A DNA stretch of 64,000 bases from Candidatus Methanomethylicaceae archaeon (GTDB taxonomy: Archaea > Thermoproteota > Methanomethylicia > Methanomethylicales > Methanomethylicaceae): contig JAOAJN010000001.1 of the NCBI GenBank assembly GCA_026414165.1, positions 50,422 through 114,421 of the forward strand, written 5' to 3'. The notes beneath the pieces are model-generated. The model saw only the letters and a list, made by a program, of their open reading frames with translations, made no database searches and had not been told where the DNA came from. The stretch's first letter is position 1; every line of letters starts with the position of its first letter. The translations under genes and the position numbers were made by a program. This document shows positions 28,522-38,951 of the stretch, piece after piece.

Positions 28522-29052
28522 ATGGCCCTGGAGTTTTTCTCGGACCTTTACCTTTCACTTGTAGCCTCTCTGTCAGCTTTATTGGGTCCTGCCAAAGACT
28601 TTCCATACTCTGCTCTTACCATTCTAATAATCTCAGTTGGGATGGCGCTAATCTCGTCTGCCGTGACTCGTGCTGTAACAGATGTGGAGCAAATGAGGCG
28701 CAGGATGATTGAAGTGAGGGAATGGCAAAATGCTTACACAAAGGCTATTCGCTCTAAAGACCAAAAGCAGATTGACAAACTTAAGAAAAAAGAGGCTACC
28801 ATAAAGCGTGCCCAAGCAGAGATGATGCGAGAACAGTTTAAGCCCCTCTTCTTTACCATGATTCCCTTCATCATATTCTTCTATCTCTTTAATGGCGTAT
28901 TTGGATACAGCCAGATCACAGTTGCAATCTCCCCAATCGACCTGCCTATAATTGGCACTAATTTTACTTTTTGGACATGGTATATTATTACTTCATTCAG
29001 CTTCTCCGCTTTGATCCAAAGGGTATTTAACCTACCTTCCGCATCTGACTGA
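28522..29052 (+). CDS. DUF106 (Oxa1/EMC3-like) membrane protein
   Basis: 3 hydrophobic segments with a central coiled coil; conserved position between adk and cmk in archaea. Confidence 0.6.
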   Translation: MALEFFSDLYLSLVASLSALLGPAKDFPYSALTILIISVGMALISSAVTRAVTDVEQMRRRMIEVREWQNAYTKAIRSKDQKQIDKLKKKEATIKRAQAEMMREQFKPLFFTMIPFIIFFYLFNGVFGYSQITVAISPIDLPIIGTNFTFWTWYIITSFSFSALIQRVFNLPSASD

Positions 29053-29084
29053 AATCCTTTTTTATTTTTGACAACAAATTGTGC

Positions 29085-29660
29085 ATGGTGTTGTCTTTGA
29101 GGTCTTTGGACGAGTTATTAATTACCATAAGCGGACCTGCTGGATCTGGCAAGTCCCACTGTGCCTCAAAATTGGCTGAATTATACGGTATACCTTGCCA
29201 CTCAGTCGGATCTATCTTCAGAAGAATGGCTTCAGAGCGAGGTCTTTCCGTCGAGGAGTTTTCCAAAGTGGTAGAAAAAGACCCCACAATAGACCGAGAA
29301 TTAGATCGACGAACAGCCGAACTTGCAAGTAAGGGAGGGCAAATAATAGAGGGTCGTTTGGTGTCCTTCTTTTCTCAGTCATTTCCTAACACCCTTAGTT
29401 TCTATTTGACCGCTCCTTTTGAGGAGAGAGTGAAAAGGATAGCCCTGCGCGAGGGCATCTCTATTGATGCTGCTGAGGTTCGTACCAAAATGAGAGAAGA
29501 GAGCGAAAAGCAGCGGTATAAGTCTCTTTACAATATAGATATAGACGATCTCTCAGTCTATGACTTTGTCATAAACACCTCTAAGTGGGACAAGGAGTCG
29601 GTAGTGCTGTTACTTAAAGAGATAATTGACCTATATCTCAAAACCTCCAGTAAAGAATAA
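29085..29660 (+). CDS. cmk: cytidylate kinase (archaeal)
   Basis: ITISGPAGSGKS P-loop; about 190 aa. Confidence 0.85.
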   Translation: MVLSLRSLDELLITISGPAGSGKSHCASKLAELYGIPCHSVGSIFRRMASERGLSVEEFSKVVEKDPTIDRELDRRTAELASKGGQIIEGRLVSFFSQSFPNTLSFYLTAPFEERVKRIALREGISIDAAEVRTKMREESEKQRYKSLYNIDIDDLSVYDFVINTSKWDKESVVLLLKEIIDLYLKTSSKE

Positions 29661-29693
29661 GGGGCTCGCTCTTAAAATAAATTAAAACAAGCG

Positions 29694-30665
29694 GTGTTCT
29701 TATTGGAAAACTCAATGCTCATTAAAGGGGAAGAACCCACTGATCCAAGGTTCGGGTGGGTTCCTAGATCCCGCCCTATGAAAGAATATCTAGAGACTGG
29801 TGTAATAAACCTCGACAAACCACCAGGTCCTAGTAGCCATGAGGTGGTCGCTTGGGTCAAACGCCTCCTCTCAATATCGAGGGCTGGACACGGAGGAACA
29901 CTAGACCCCAAGGTTACAGGCGTTCTACCAATAACGCTTGGCAGGTCTACCAGAATAATCTCCTTCATCATGAAGTCTGGCAAAGAATATGTTGCTCTGA
30001 TGGAACTTCATGGGGATGTGGACGACGATCGACTCAATGAAGTTGTAAGAGAATTTATGGGACCTATTTACCAGCTCCCTCCGGTAAGATCCTCAGTAAA
30101 GAGAGCCCTAAGAATTCGTACGATAAACTCCATAAAGATACTTGAGAGAGAAGATAGGTTTGTCTTAATGAGGGTCGATTGCGAGGCTGGCACATACATA
30201 AGGAAACTATGTCACGACATTGGCGAAGTCATAGGCTGTGGCGCTCACATGAGAGAGTTAAGGCGAACTCGGGCAGGTCCCTTTAAGGAGGATCACGGTT
30301 GCATCACACTGCATTCGCTTCTTGATGCAATCACCCTTTGGAAATATTCTGGCGACGAGTCCCTACTTCGTAACGTCGTAATCCCGATAGAGGATGCGTT
30401 AATAGACTTCCCAAAAGTTTATGTTAGGGACTCTGCCGTGGATGCTCTCTGTCACGGAGCCGATCTCGCGTCTCCTGGCGTCCTAAAATTAAGTAAAAAT
30501 ATAAAATCTGACGATGTGGTCTGTATCATGACTCTGAAGGGGGAACTTGTCGCACTGGGGAGGGCTAAGATTTCAAGTGACGAGATCTTCAAATCTGACC
30601 ATGGAATAGTTGTAAAGACAGAGAGAGTAGTGATGGCGCCTGGCACATACCCGAAAGGCTGGTGA
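29694..30665 (+). CDS. cbf5: tRNA/rRNA pseudouridine synthase Cbf5 (TruB family, with PUA domain)
   Basis: GVINLDKPPGPSSHEV, GHGGTLDPKVTGVLPI catalytic motif; C-terminal PUA. Confidence 0.9.
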   Translation: MFLLENSMLIKGEEPTDPRFGWVPRSRPMKEYLETGVINLDKPPGPSSHEVVAWVKRLLSISRAGHGGTLDPKVTGVLPITLGRSTRIISFIMKSGKEYVALMELHGDVDDDRLNEVVREFMGPIYQLPPVRSSVKRALRIRTINSIKILEREDRFVLMRVDCEAGTYIRKLCHDIGEVIGCGAHMRELRRTRAGPFKEDHGCITLHSLLDAITLWKYSGDESLLRNVVIPIEDALIDFPKVYVRDSAVDALCHGADLASPGVLKLSKNIKSDDVVCIMTLKGELVALGRAKISSDEIFKSDHGIVVKTERVVMAPGTYPKGW

Positions 30666-30669
30666 TCTC

Positions 30670-31293
30670 ATGCACGAAAATGCCTCAGTCCCCTCTCACT
30701 ACTTCACAAAGTCAAAAATCAAAAAAACTAGAAAATACAACATACGTTTTGACTTCAGAGGTCAGACAATATCTTTAGTTAGTAGCGGTGGCGTATTCTC
30801 AAAAGACCATGTTGATCTGGGCACGCTCGTGCTTCTAGAGAGCCTATCATTACCCGAAGAAGGTGAGGTGCTTGATATGGGGTGTGGGTATGGCGCGTTG
30901 GGTATAGCCATCGCAAAATCAAGACCAAAACTTAAAGTGACAATGGTTGATGTAAATCCTTTGGCTGTGAAACTTGCCCGAGAAAATATAGAGATTAATC
31001 AAGTAAAAAACGCCACGGCCCTGCGAAGTGATCTCTACTCTGAATTGGAGGGCAAAAAATTCGACATAATATTCTCAAACCCTCCTTTGGCAGCTGGTTA
31101 CAAGATCATATTCCCCATGATCGAAGGTGCTAATTTTTTCCTTAAAGAAAGTGGTTGCCTAGTTCTCGTCCTAAGAAAGGGAACAAATGCCATCCCTCAA
31201 AAGATGAAAGAGGTTTTTAATAATGTATCCCTCATATCGAGGAAGAGTGGTTACAAAGTATTCTTATCAAAGAAAATAACGAAGTCCGTTTAA
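30670..31293 (+). CDS. class I SAM-dependent methyltransferase (RsmC/MTS-like, NPPL motif)
   Basis: VLDMGCGYGALG (motif I), DIIFSNPPL (motif IV). Confidence 0.65.
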   Translation: MHENASVPSHYFTKSKIKKTRKYNIRFDFRGQTISLVSSGGVFSKDHVDLGTLVLLESLSLPEEGEVLDMGCGYGALGIAIAKSRPKLKVTMVDVNPLAVKLARENIEINQVKNATALRSDLYSELEGKKFDIIFSNPPLAAGYKIIFPMIEGANFFLKESGCLVLVLRKGTNAIPQKMKEVFNNVSLISRKSGYKVFLSKKITKSV

Positions 31294-31387
31294 AACTTTT
31301 TCACTTTTTCAAAGCAGAAAACCCCAGCAAAACTTATGAGTAACATTCTAATCACATAAACTCGATCCTAGAACGAATAACTGTCAG

Positions 31388-31506
31388 GCCGAGGTCTCCT
31401 AGTCTGGTAGGGAGCAGTCGTAAGATCGGCTCAAGCCTGGAGAGGATGCCTAGTCAGCCTGTGACTCGCAAGGGTCTCGGGGGTTCAAATCCCCCCCTCG
31501 GCGCCA
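31388..31506 (+). tRNA. tRNA gene with encoded CCA and a large (about 30-45 nt) non-canonical insertion or intron(s); isotype unresolved
   Basis: Perfect 7-bp acceptor stem GCCGAGG/CCTCGGC, discriminator G, CCA; T-arm GGGGGTTCAAATCCCCC; D-arm TCCT-AGTCTGGTA-GGGA; 119 nt total. Confidence 0.7.
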
Positions 31507-32368
31507 TCGAAATACTGTCGAATTTTCCAAAGACTGTCAATCTCCTTTTCATAGGATAGGCTTCCGTTTTAGGTATTTTAATGTTGCCGTATATGAATCC
31601 ATTAACATCAAGGATTTCGAGCACCTCCTTATCGACTAGCTCTTGAGTATCTACTCTGCCCTCCTCTTGCATCTGTGACGTCTATCCTGTTATTTATGCA
31701 GTATATTATGACTCCTCTAATTCCCTACTGTTGGGATCTTTCATAAAAGCATAGGCAGATGATATGATAAAAGGCTCTTCTAAGACTTAGTTGACCTTAT
31801 GCTCGGTATTACACTATTTCTATATTCCGTACTTATTGCCAAATTCAAATATATTTCCTGAATAAAGCACACAAGACTCTAGATCTTGTTTGCAGTAGGA
31901 GTGCAACATATTGTAGTGCTTACAGTCGTAGTAGCATTACTTTGCACTCAAACACGATCTCCTGTAGAACCCATCCTCACCGCGAGGAATCCTCTCAGCT
32001 CTTGGTCGTCAAGGCATTCTTCTCGTAGGGGATTTCTGAATACCAAAAGTCCGCGTCTGGCATATCCTCCATATTCGCAGTCCTAATATCGACTTTCAAG
32101 GTCTTGCCGAGTGCTTCTTTTGGATAGGACACTACTATCTATATAGTTCGCCCATCGGTACTCCTGCTACCCTTTTCGGTTCTTACTTGAAACCTGACAC
32201 TGGCGAGGAGCTGAATGAAAGCAAAATTCAAGAGCACTATTTTGGCTTAGGATTTAAAAGAATTGCCTAACTTCAAGCACAAGGGCGAGGCGAAAGTGAA
32301 AGCTCGTTATAATGTGCTTATGAACAATATATATTGAGCGGATTATTTTTTTATTCGGTGTTATAAAA

Positions 32369-33193
32369 ATGCCTCGACCGTTCGATTTAAGCCGCTTCCT
32401 TGCCCTCCCTGGTAGGCGCCTGATAGCCATCACTGGCAAGGTACACGCGAGATCTGATGCCTTAGCCCGCTTGTTATCACTCTTAGAAAGGGAGCACATA
32501 AAGGTTTGTAGCGCTTTTGCAAACTTCGAAGGTGAATATGCCAGGATCCTTGCTTTTCTGGACGTGACGGACTCTGTCGTACCAGTCGAAGAGATCGGAA
32601 AGGTCTCGGAAATGCTGGGGATTTTCGAGGTCGAGAGTGTGACGAGATCGGCAGTAGAGGGCTTCATAGCTGATACAACATCTCACCCAATCGTTGCTGG
32701 ACAATACCGAACTATACTCCTCAGAAGCCCAGGCTACGAGGAATTCTTGGTCGGAATTCGCGAGTGGTTTGGTAGGAGCGGAGAGAATTTTCTATACCAC
32801 ATTGGATACCGCGTAGGTTTGGGCCACGTGAAGTTTCATATGGAGTTGGCTGAGAGAATAGGACTTAAGGATCCCGCCCTGATATACAAAAACATAAGCG
32901 CCGCCATGTTCCAGTGGGCGGGCTACGGTGTCGTGGAGGTCGAGGAGCTCGTGGAGGACCATGGGACTCTAGCAGTGCGAGACTCCTTTGAATGTGAGCT
33001 AGGGAAGGGTCGAGGGATAGTTTACAGTCAGTTTACCCGTGGGATTATTGCGGGAACATTGACAGAGCTATTCGGAAAGAGGTTCAACGTCGTGGAGAAG
33101 GAGTGTATAGCCAAGGGCGACCCAGTCTGCAGGTTTATGGTCAAGGCTTTGTCCGAGAGGAAGCCCACGAAAACCTATAATGTAGTTATTTAA
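32369..33193 (+). CDS. V4R-domain (4-vinyl reductase-like, COG1719) protein
   Basis: C-terminal FECELGKGRG...IAGTLTELFG...CIAKGDPVCRF resembles V4R; duplicated downstream. Confidence 0.5.
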   Translation: MPRPFDLSRFLALPGRRLIAITGKVHARSDALARLLSLLEREHIKVCSAFANFEGEYARILAFLDVTDSVVPVEEIGKVSEMLGIFEVESVTRSAVEGFIADTTSHPIVAGQYRTILLRSPGYEEFLVGIREWFGRSGENFLYHIGYRVGLGHVKFHMELAERIGLKDPALIYKNISAAMFQWAGYGVVEVEELVEDHGTLAVRDSFECELGKGRGIVYSQFTRGIIAGTLTELFGKRFNVVEKECIAKGDPVCRFMVKALSERKPTKTYNVVI

Positions 33194-33558
33194 ATAAGAC
33201 GAAAGTGCTATTCCTCATTACAAAACTATATGAAACATATTGTTTGCCCCAAGATGGTTTTTCAAAGCCCATTAATTTGTCGGAGGGCTTCAAATTCAAA
33301 AAGTCCAAGAAGAGCTTTTCACAATTTATGATGTAATCGAAGGTTTTTGGAAACTTACTTACTAACTTTCTAAGCTCAAACCCCCGGAACCAATATATTA
33401 AAAACTTTTGAGGGATCCATTTTTCCAAAAAGAAAATTTACTATAGATTTTTTACCTTACAATTTGTCTAATAATTTGTCTTAACTTAAAATAAAAATAA
33501 AAACTTAACCTAAATATAAATAATATGCTTTAAATAGTATAATTTAATAATTTTATTC

Positions 33559-34348
33559 ATGTACTACTCTTTTGACGTAGGGCGTTTTCTTGTTCAACCA
33601 TGCAGAACACTAATCGGATTTTTTGGGAGTATGAAATTAGGTGTCGCTGCCCTGCCGACTCTCGCCTCATTCTTGAGAGATCACAATATCACGGTTTGTC
33701 AAATTATTTCCTCATCCATAGAAGGGTGCCAAGATGAGCTGATGGTTTTAGCATTTCTAGACCTAACTCATTCGGACGTTCAATTAGAAAGACTGCTAGA
33801 AGAGATCAATGGAAGCGGTCTCTAAAATTTTGGAAGTTATAAAACCTGTAACAGAAGGTTTTATAGTGGATACAATATCTGCGCCAATAGTTGCTGGCAA
33901 AAATAGAGTGATAATCCTCAGGGATCAAGGCTATCGCCAACTCTTGACCGAGATCCGCAGACTCTTCGGCACAGGAGGAGAGGCGCTGCTTTATCACGTG
34001 GGGTTTAACATGGGCATTGGATATGCCAAACTCCACAAAGATCTTGCGGATAAAGTAGGAATTAAAGATCCTGTCGATATATATCAAAAAATAAGTTGTA
34101 AGATGTTCCAATGGGCAGGATTTGGGCGGAAGGAAGCTGTGGAGATCACCCCAAACCACGCCATCATTCATATCTACGACTCTTTTGAATGCGAGAATGG
34201 ATCCTCGGTAAGACCATATAGCCAGTTGGTTCGTGGATTAATAGCTGGTACTCTTGCGGGCCTCTTCAATAGGTCGTTTAATGTTACAGAAGACCTCTGC
34301 GCCGCGAAGGGGGATTCCCTATGCCGGTTTAAGGTGATAAGCAGGTAA
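33559..34348 (+). pseudogene. V4R-domain paralog split by a +1 frameshift near 33810-33825 (ORFs 33559..33825 and 33809..34348)
   Basis: The two adjacent ORFs align colinearly to the N- and C-halves of 32369..33193 (FDxxRFL...VLAFLDLT / EGFIVDTIS.PIVAG...FECE...CAAKGDSLCRF). Confidence 0.5.
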
Positions 34349-34540
34349 ATATTCCGATAACCGAATTTCACACTATAAAAAACATTTCGTTCCGGAATTT
34401 TCTCTGCGAAAAATCTAACCGCGTATGAAGCTCTTTTCTTTTCGCCTCTTAACCATTCAGCGCCGACTATTGTTCGGTCAAAAGAAATTCTTAAATACTT
34501 TTATTTTGTTCTTAATTTGCCTTAAAGTAGGAGATGTATC

Positions 34541-35020
34541 TTGAGCTCATCATACCGACATATCGTCAGGATAATTGATACCGATCTTAAAGGGGAGGAT
34601 AAAGTAGGCTATGCCCTAGCTCGAATAAGGGGCATTGGGATCAATACTTCATATGCTATCCTTAGAAGCTGCAATGTAGACCCTGAAATACGTGTTGGGC
34701 AACTACAAGACAGTGATATAAAACGCATTGAAGAAGCTCTGTCCACAATATCCGAACGATTTTCTCCATACATGCTAAACCGGAGGAATGATCCTTTTAC
34801 CGGAAAGAACTCCCACTTGTTGGGCTCAGATCTTGTAATTGGGATGAAAATGGACATTGATCACATGAAAAAGATCAAGTGCTGGAAAGGGATACGCCAC
34901 TCTCTTGGTCTTAAGGTTCGTGGGCAGTGCACGAGGACTACTGGAAGGTTTGGTACCGCAGTCGGCGTTGTAAGAAAAGCGGTAGCGCAACAACAACAGC
35001 AGCAGCAAAAGAAAGAGTAG
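34541..35020 (+). CDS. rps13: 30S ribosomal protein S13 (uS13) with a C-terminal poly-Q tail
   Basis: YALARIRGIG, S13 core; tail AVAQQQQQQQKKE; TTG start. Confidence 0.9.
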   Translation: MSSSYRHIVRIIDTDLKGEDKVGYALARIRGIGINTSYAILRSCNVDPEIRVGQLQDSDIKRIEEALSTISERFSPYMLNRRNDPFTGKNSHLLGSDLVIGMKMDIDHMKKIKCWKGIRHSLGLKVRGQCTRTTGRFGTAVGVVRKAVAQQQQQQQKKE

Positions 35021-35032
35021 CGGGGTGTATAT

Positions 35033-35536
35033 ATGGGAGATCCAAAAAAGAGCAGGAGGCGTTGGGAAGGTCCACGCCATCCATGGAAGAAAGAGAACCT
35101 TGAAAAAGAGCTCGCTTTAGTTGGTAAGTACGGTCTCAGGAACAAGAAAGAGCTTTGGGTGGCAAATTCTTTATTGAGGACCTACAGGGATCAGGCGACT
35201 TCGATACTCGGTCTTGAGGAGAGCGAGCGGGTCAAGAAAGAGAGAGAACTAATTAAAAAACTCTCACACTTGGGTCTGTTGGAGGAGGATGCAATTTTGG
35301 ACGATGTTCTTGGTCTTAGCATCGAGGACATTCTGGAGAGGCGCCTACAGACGATGCTTGTGAAACTAAATCTTGCTAAGACCCCATACCAAGCAAGGCA
35401 GCTCATAGTTCATGGTCATGTTTATATCGGTAACCGGCGCGTTTCCGCCCCTGGCTACTTGGTCACTAAAGAAGAGGAGTCAATGATCAGGTGCGAGGCG
35501 GTCCTGCCTTTAGAAACACAAGTCAAAAAGGTGTAA
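35033..35536 (+). CDS. rps4: 30S ribosomal protein S4 (uS4)
   Basis: S4 domain; 167 aa; position S13-S4-S11. Confidence 0.9.
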   Translation: MGDPKKSRRRWEGPRHPWKKENLEKELALVGKYGLRNKKELWVANSLLRTYRDQATSILGLEESERVKKERELIKKLSHLGLLEEDAILDDVLGLSIEDILERRLQTMLVKLNLAKTPYQARQLIVHGHVYIGNRRVSAPGYLVTKEEESMIRCEAVLPLETQVKKV

Positions 35537-35542
35537 TGAATT

Positions 35543-35944
35543 ATGTCTAAAGCAGATAAAGGTATAAAATGGGGCGTTGCAAACATCTACAGTTCTTATA
35601 ATAACACCATAGTCCATATCACAGACCTTACCGGTGCAGAGACCATAGCATTTCAGTCAGGAGGAAGGATAGTAAAATCAGACCGCGAGAAACCCTCGCC
35701 ATACGCTGCCATGGTGGCTGCAACAAGGGCTGCCCAATCAGCCTTGGAGAAAGGAATCACTGGCATTCACATAAAAGTCAGGGCACCTGGTGGTCACAAA
35801 AGCAAGACGCCTGGACCGGGCGCACAAGCCGCCATTAGAGCCTTGGCAAGAGCTGGGATGATGATCGGAAGAATAGAAGACGTCACCCCTATCCCCCATG
35901 ACACAACAAGGAGACCTGGAGGTAGGAGGGGGAGAAGGGTCTAA
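35543..35944 (+). CDS. rps11: 30S ribosomal protein S11 (uS11)
   Basis: S11 similarity (GIAHI..., [19 protein letters not shown]-terminus). Confidence 0.9.
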   Translation: MSKADKGIKWGVANIYSSYNNTIVHITDLTGAETIAFQSGGRIVKSDREKPSPYAAMVAATRAAQSALEKGITGIHIKVRAPGGHKSKTPGPGAQAAIRALARAGMMIGRIEDVTPIPHDTTRRPGGRRGRRV

Positions 35945-35970
35945 CCACTAAAGCTTAAATACCCTTCTTC

Positions 35971-36807
35971 ATGTTTCAAAAACAACCTATGGGGATCACT
36001 ATGGATGTTGAAGTTCTCGGCTCTAATAACGATCAATTAAGCGTCATATTTAGGGGCACTCAACCCACTTTTGTAAACGCCATAAGACGGATAATAATGG
36101 CCGAGATCCCAATACCTGCCATAGAGAAGGTTTATGTGGCCGAGAACACAAGCGTCCTTTACGACGAGATTTTGGCCCACAGGCTTGGCATGATCCCCAT
36201 GAGAGGTGGCGAGACTCTCATCCTTCAAAATCAATGTAGCTGTGGAGGAAATGGTTGTAGCTTCTGCGAATCTGTACTCACACTTGAGGTTGAGGCAAAA
36301 GAGGATAATGTTGTAGTATACTCAGGGAGGCTAAAAGCAGAAGGTTCTGTATTTCCGGCCAACAATGATATCCCAATAGTCAAGCTTAACAGCGGTCAGA
36401 AGATCGCTTTGGTAGCTCATGCAAGACTGGGCACAGGCAAGGAACACGCAAAGTGGCAACCAGTCTCAGTCTGTGTTATAAAATACGAGCCTGTTATCTT
36501 AATTCAGCCTGAGTGCGACTTATGTGGAATATGTGTGGAAAGTTGTCCAAGAAAGATCCTCGAGATAAATGAAAATGAAAAGAAGCTTACTATAAGATCG
36601 ATATGGGATTGTTCTCTTTGCAGGGCTTGCGAAGAGGCGTGTCCAAAATCCGCCATAAAAGTCTCCTATAATGATAAAACCTCACGCTTGACCATAGAGA
36701 CAACAGGATCAAAGTCAAATGAGGAGCTTCTAATATCTGCCTTTGACTTCCTTATTAAAAAATGCGAGTCATTGAGAAATTCCATCGGAGGCGCAGTAAA
36801 TGGTTAA
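35971..36807 (+). CDS. rpoD: DNA-directed RNA polymerase subunit D (Rpo3) with a 4Fe-4S ferredoxin-like domain
   Basis: CDLCGICVESCP and CSLCRACEEACP cluster motifs within an Rpo3 fold; the start may be ATG 36001. Confidence 0.85.
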   Translation: MFQKQPMGITMDVEVLGSNNDQLSVIFRGTQPTFVNAIRRIIMAEIPIPAIEKVYVAENTSVLYDEILAHRLGMIPMRGGETLILQNQCSCGGNGCSFCESVLTLEVEAKEDNVVVYSGRLKAEGSVFPANNDIPIVKLNSGQKIALVAHARLGTGKEHAKWQPVSVCVIKYEPVILIQPECDLCGICVESCPRKILEINENEKKLTIRSIWDCSLCRACEEACPKSAIKVSYNDKTSRLTIETTGSKSNEELLISAFDFLIKKCESLRNSIGGAVNG

Positions 36808-37165
36808 GAGAACTTTACCTACTAATCCAAGGACTAGGCGAATAGTGAAAATACTCAGAAAGGCGTCCAGAGCACATAATGCAGAGATCTGGAGGGCGCT
36901 ATCAGAAGCTCTTTGCATCCCAACAAGGAGAAGAATCACTACAAATTTGAGCAAGATCGACAAGCTTACAAACGAGGGCGATTGTGTAGCCGTTGCTGGT
37001 AAAGTGCTTGGCTTTGGAAATCTTTCTAAGAAAGTAGATGTGGCAGCTCTTTCATTCAGCCAGACGGCGAAGGCTAAAATAACTCAGTCGGGCGGCAGAG
37101 CTCTCTCTTTGGATGTCCTTGTCAAACTAAATCCCAGAGGCAGAAATATCAAGATACTGAGGTGA
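36800..37165 (+). CDS. rpl18e: 50S ribosomal protein L18e (eL18)
   Basis: L18e similarity; position RpoD-L18e-L13-S9-RpoN. Confidence 0.85.
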   Translation: MVKRTLPTNPRTRRIVKILRKASRAHNAEIWRALSEALCIPTRRRITTNLSKIDKLTNEGDCVAVAGKVLGFGNLSKKVDVAALSFSQTAKAKITQSGGRALSLDVLVKLNPRGRNIKILR

Positions 37166-37169
37166 AACC

Positions 37170-37604
37170 ATGAGTGAGACAATATATGTAGACGGAACGG
37201 ACTTGAGACTTGGTCGGATGGCAACTAAGGTTGCAAAGCATCTGATTAATGGTGACAAGGTCGTCATAGTTAATGTGGAAAAGATTGTAATCTCAGGTAA
37301 TAAGGCATCTGCCCTTAGCAAATATGCTCGTTGGATGAGTCTGAGGACTTACAAGAACCCAGAAAAAGTTGGCCCCAAGCAGCACAGGAGTCCTGATCGC
37401 TTGGTCCATTCAGCCATCAAAAACATGCTTCCAAAATCACCATCAGGCAAAGAAGCACTCAAAAGGCTCAAGGTATACATAGGAGTCCCTGAAGAGTTGA
37501 AATCCGTGAAATTACAACAGTTTGATGAAGCCCATGTCAAATACCTCCGAGGACCTTATGTTAGGATTGAAGAAATCTCAAAGAGTTTAGGATGGTGTGC
37601 TTAA
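37170..37604 (+). CDS. rpl13: 50S ribosomal protein L13 (uL13)
   Basis: L13 similarity; 144 aa. Confidence 0.9.
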   Translation: MSETIYVDGTDLRLGRMATKVAKHLINGDKVVIVNVEKIVISGNKASALSKYARWMSLRTYKNPEKVGPKQHRSPDRLVHSAIKNMLPKSPSGKEALKRLKVYIGVPEELKSVKLQQFDEAHVKYLRGPYVRIEEISKSLGWCA

Positions 37605-38008
37605 TGACCGAAAAGGTTATTGTTGTAAGTGGCAAGAGAAAGACTGCGATAGCCAGAGGGGTTGCCCACAGCGGGAGTGGCAAAGTTTTAGTAAATGATA
37701 TTCCCTTGGAGCTTTATACTCCAGAGGTCGCAAAATTAAAGATAATCGAACCGATAGAAATCGCAGGTCATGACCTCTTGTCTAAACTCGATATTACCAT
37801 AAACACAGAGGGCGGAGGCTTTATGGGTCAAGCAGAAGCGGCGAGGGTCGTCCTATCCACAATACTTGCAGAGTTCGGAGGAGAAACCATCCGTAATAAA
37901 CTTATGGCATATGACAGGCGCATGTTGGTGGAAGACCCGAGGAGAACTGAACCAAAGAAGTTTGGTGGCTATAGCGCAAGGAGGAGAAAACAGAAGTCGT
38001 ATAGGTGA
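37592..38008 (+). CDS. rps9: 30S ribosomal protein S9 (uS9)
   Basis: C-terminal [14 protein letters not shown] typical of S9. Confidence 0.9.
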   Translation: MVCLMTEKVIVVSGKRKTAIARGVAHSGSGKVLVNDIPLELYTPEVAKLKIIEPIEIAGHDLLSKLDITINTEGGGFMGQAEAARVVLSTILAEFGGETIRNKLMAYDRRMLVEDPRRTEPKKFGGYSARRRKQKSYR

Positions 38009-38232
38009 TATTGTTGATAATACCTGTTCGATGTTTCACATGTGGTAAAGTCATTGGTGACAAATGGGAGGAATTCAAGAAGGCTACGCTCGGGGGAAAG
38101 AATCCTGCCGAGGTTTTAGACTCCCTAGGAATTAAGAGGTACTGTTGTCGAAGGATGTTCCTCTCCCACATAGATCTTATAGATGAAGCCCTACAATTCC
38201 ATGTTCATAAGAAGGAGGAAGTAAATGTATAA
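38005..38232 (+). CDS. rpoN: DNA-directed RNA polymerase subunit N (Rpo10)
   Basis: PVRCFTCGK...RYCCRRM zinc-binding motif of RpoN. Confidence 0.8.
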   Translation: MILLIIPVRCFTCGKVIGDKWEEFKKATLGGKNPAEVLDSLGIKRYCCRRMFLSHIDLIDEALQFHVHKKEEVNV

Positions 38233-38297
38233 AGTATAAAGAAAAAATATAAAGAAGTCGAATTAAATCAAATAGCCGTGTTAATGGGTGTTGACTA

Positions 38298-38951
38298 ATG
38301 TCCTCGCTTGAAACTGCTGATCTCCTCATACCTCTTGAGGTTTACTTAGCCGCGGGCATACACATAGGGACTCACGTCAAGACGAATGACATGCGCCCCT
38401 TTATTTACAGAGTTAGGCCTGATGGTCTCTATGTACTTGACGTGAGGAAAACAGATGAAAGGTTGAGGATCGCCTCGAAATTTATTTCTAGATTCAAAGG
38501 GGAAAAGGTCTATGCCGTTTCCGCAAGGCAATATGGATTCAAGCCTGTGGAAAAATTCGCCTCTTTGATAGGTGGTAGAGCGCTAACTGGTAGGTTCATA
38601 CCAGGAACCTTTACAAACCCGAAACTCCCCACATATGTGGAGCCCGAACTCTTGGTCGTTGCTGACCCGAGAGCCGACTGGCAGGCGATCTTAGAGTCCG
38701 CTGAGGTTGGCATCCCTGTGGTAGGCTTCTGTGACACAGACAATAGGTCTCAGCTCATAGATCTCGTTATCCCCATCAACAACAAGGGAAGGAAATCTTT
38801 GGCTTTGGCTTACTGGCTCCTCACAAGACAAATCCTAAGGGAACGTGGTGAGCTAGCACCTACCGCAGAGTTACCTGCGACAATAGAAGACTTCGAATCC
38901 AAAGTGCTTGTTGCTGAGGAGGAGTACGGAGGATACGATGTTGAAGGATAG
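38298..38951 (+). CDS. rps2: 30S ribosomal protein S2 (uS2)
   Basis: [17 protein letters not shown] typical of S2; 217 aa. Confidence 0.9.
   Translation: MSSLETADLLIPLEVYLAAGIHIGTHVKTNDMRPFIYRVRPDGLYVLDVRKTDERLRIASKFISRFKGEKVYAVSARQYGFKPVEKFASLIGGRALTGRFIPGTFTNPKLPTYVEPELLVVADPRADWQAILESAEVGIPVVGFCDTDNRSQLIDLVIPINNKGRKSLALAYWLLTRQILRERGELAPTAELPATIEDFESKVLVAEEEYGGYDVEG

Noticed and set aside
31454-31672. 72-aa minus ORF overlapping the 3' end of the tRNA
   Set aside because: Its C-terminus is just the antisense of the tRNA T-arm and acceptor stem; it is unlikely to be coding.
32254-32667. 137-aa minus ORF overlapping the V4R gene start
   Set aside because: It is antisense to a better-supported plus-strand gene and has no motif.
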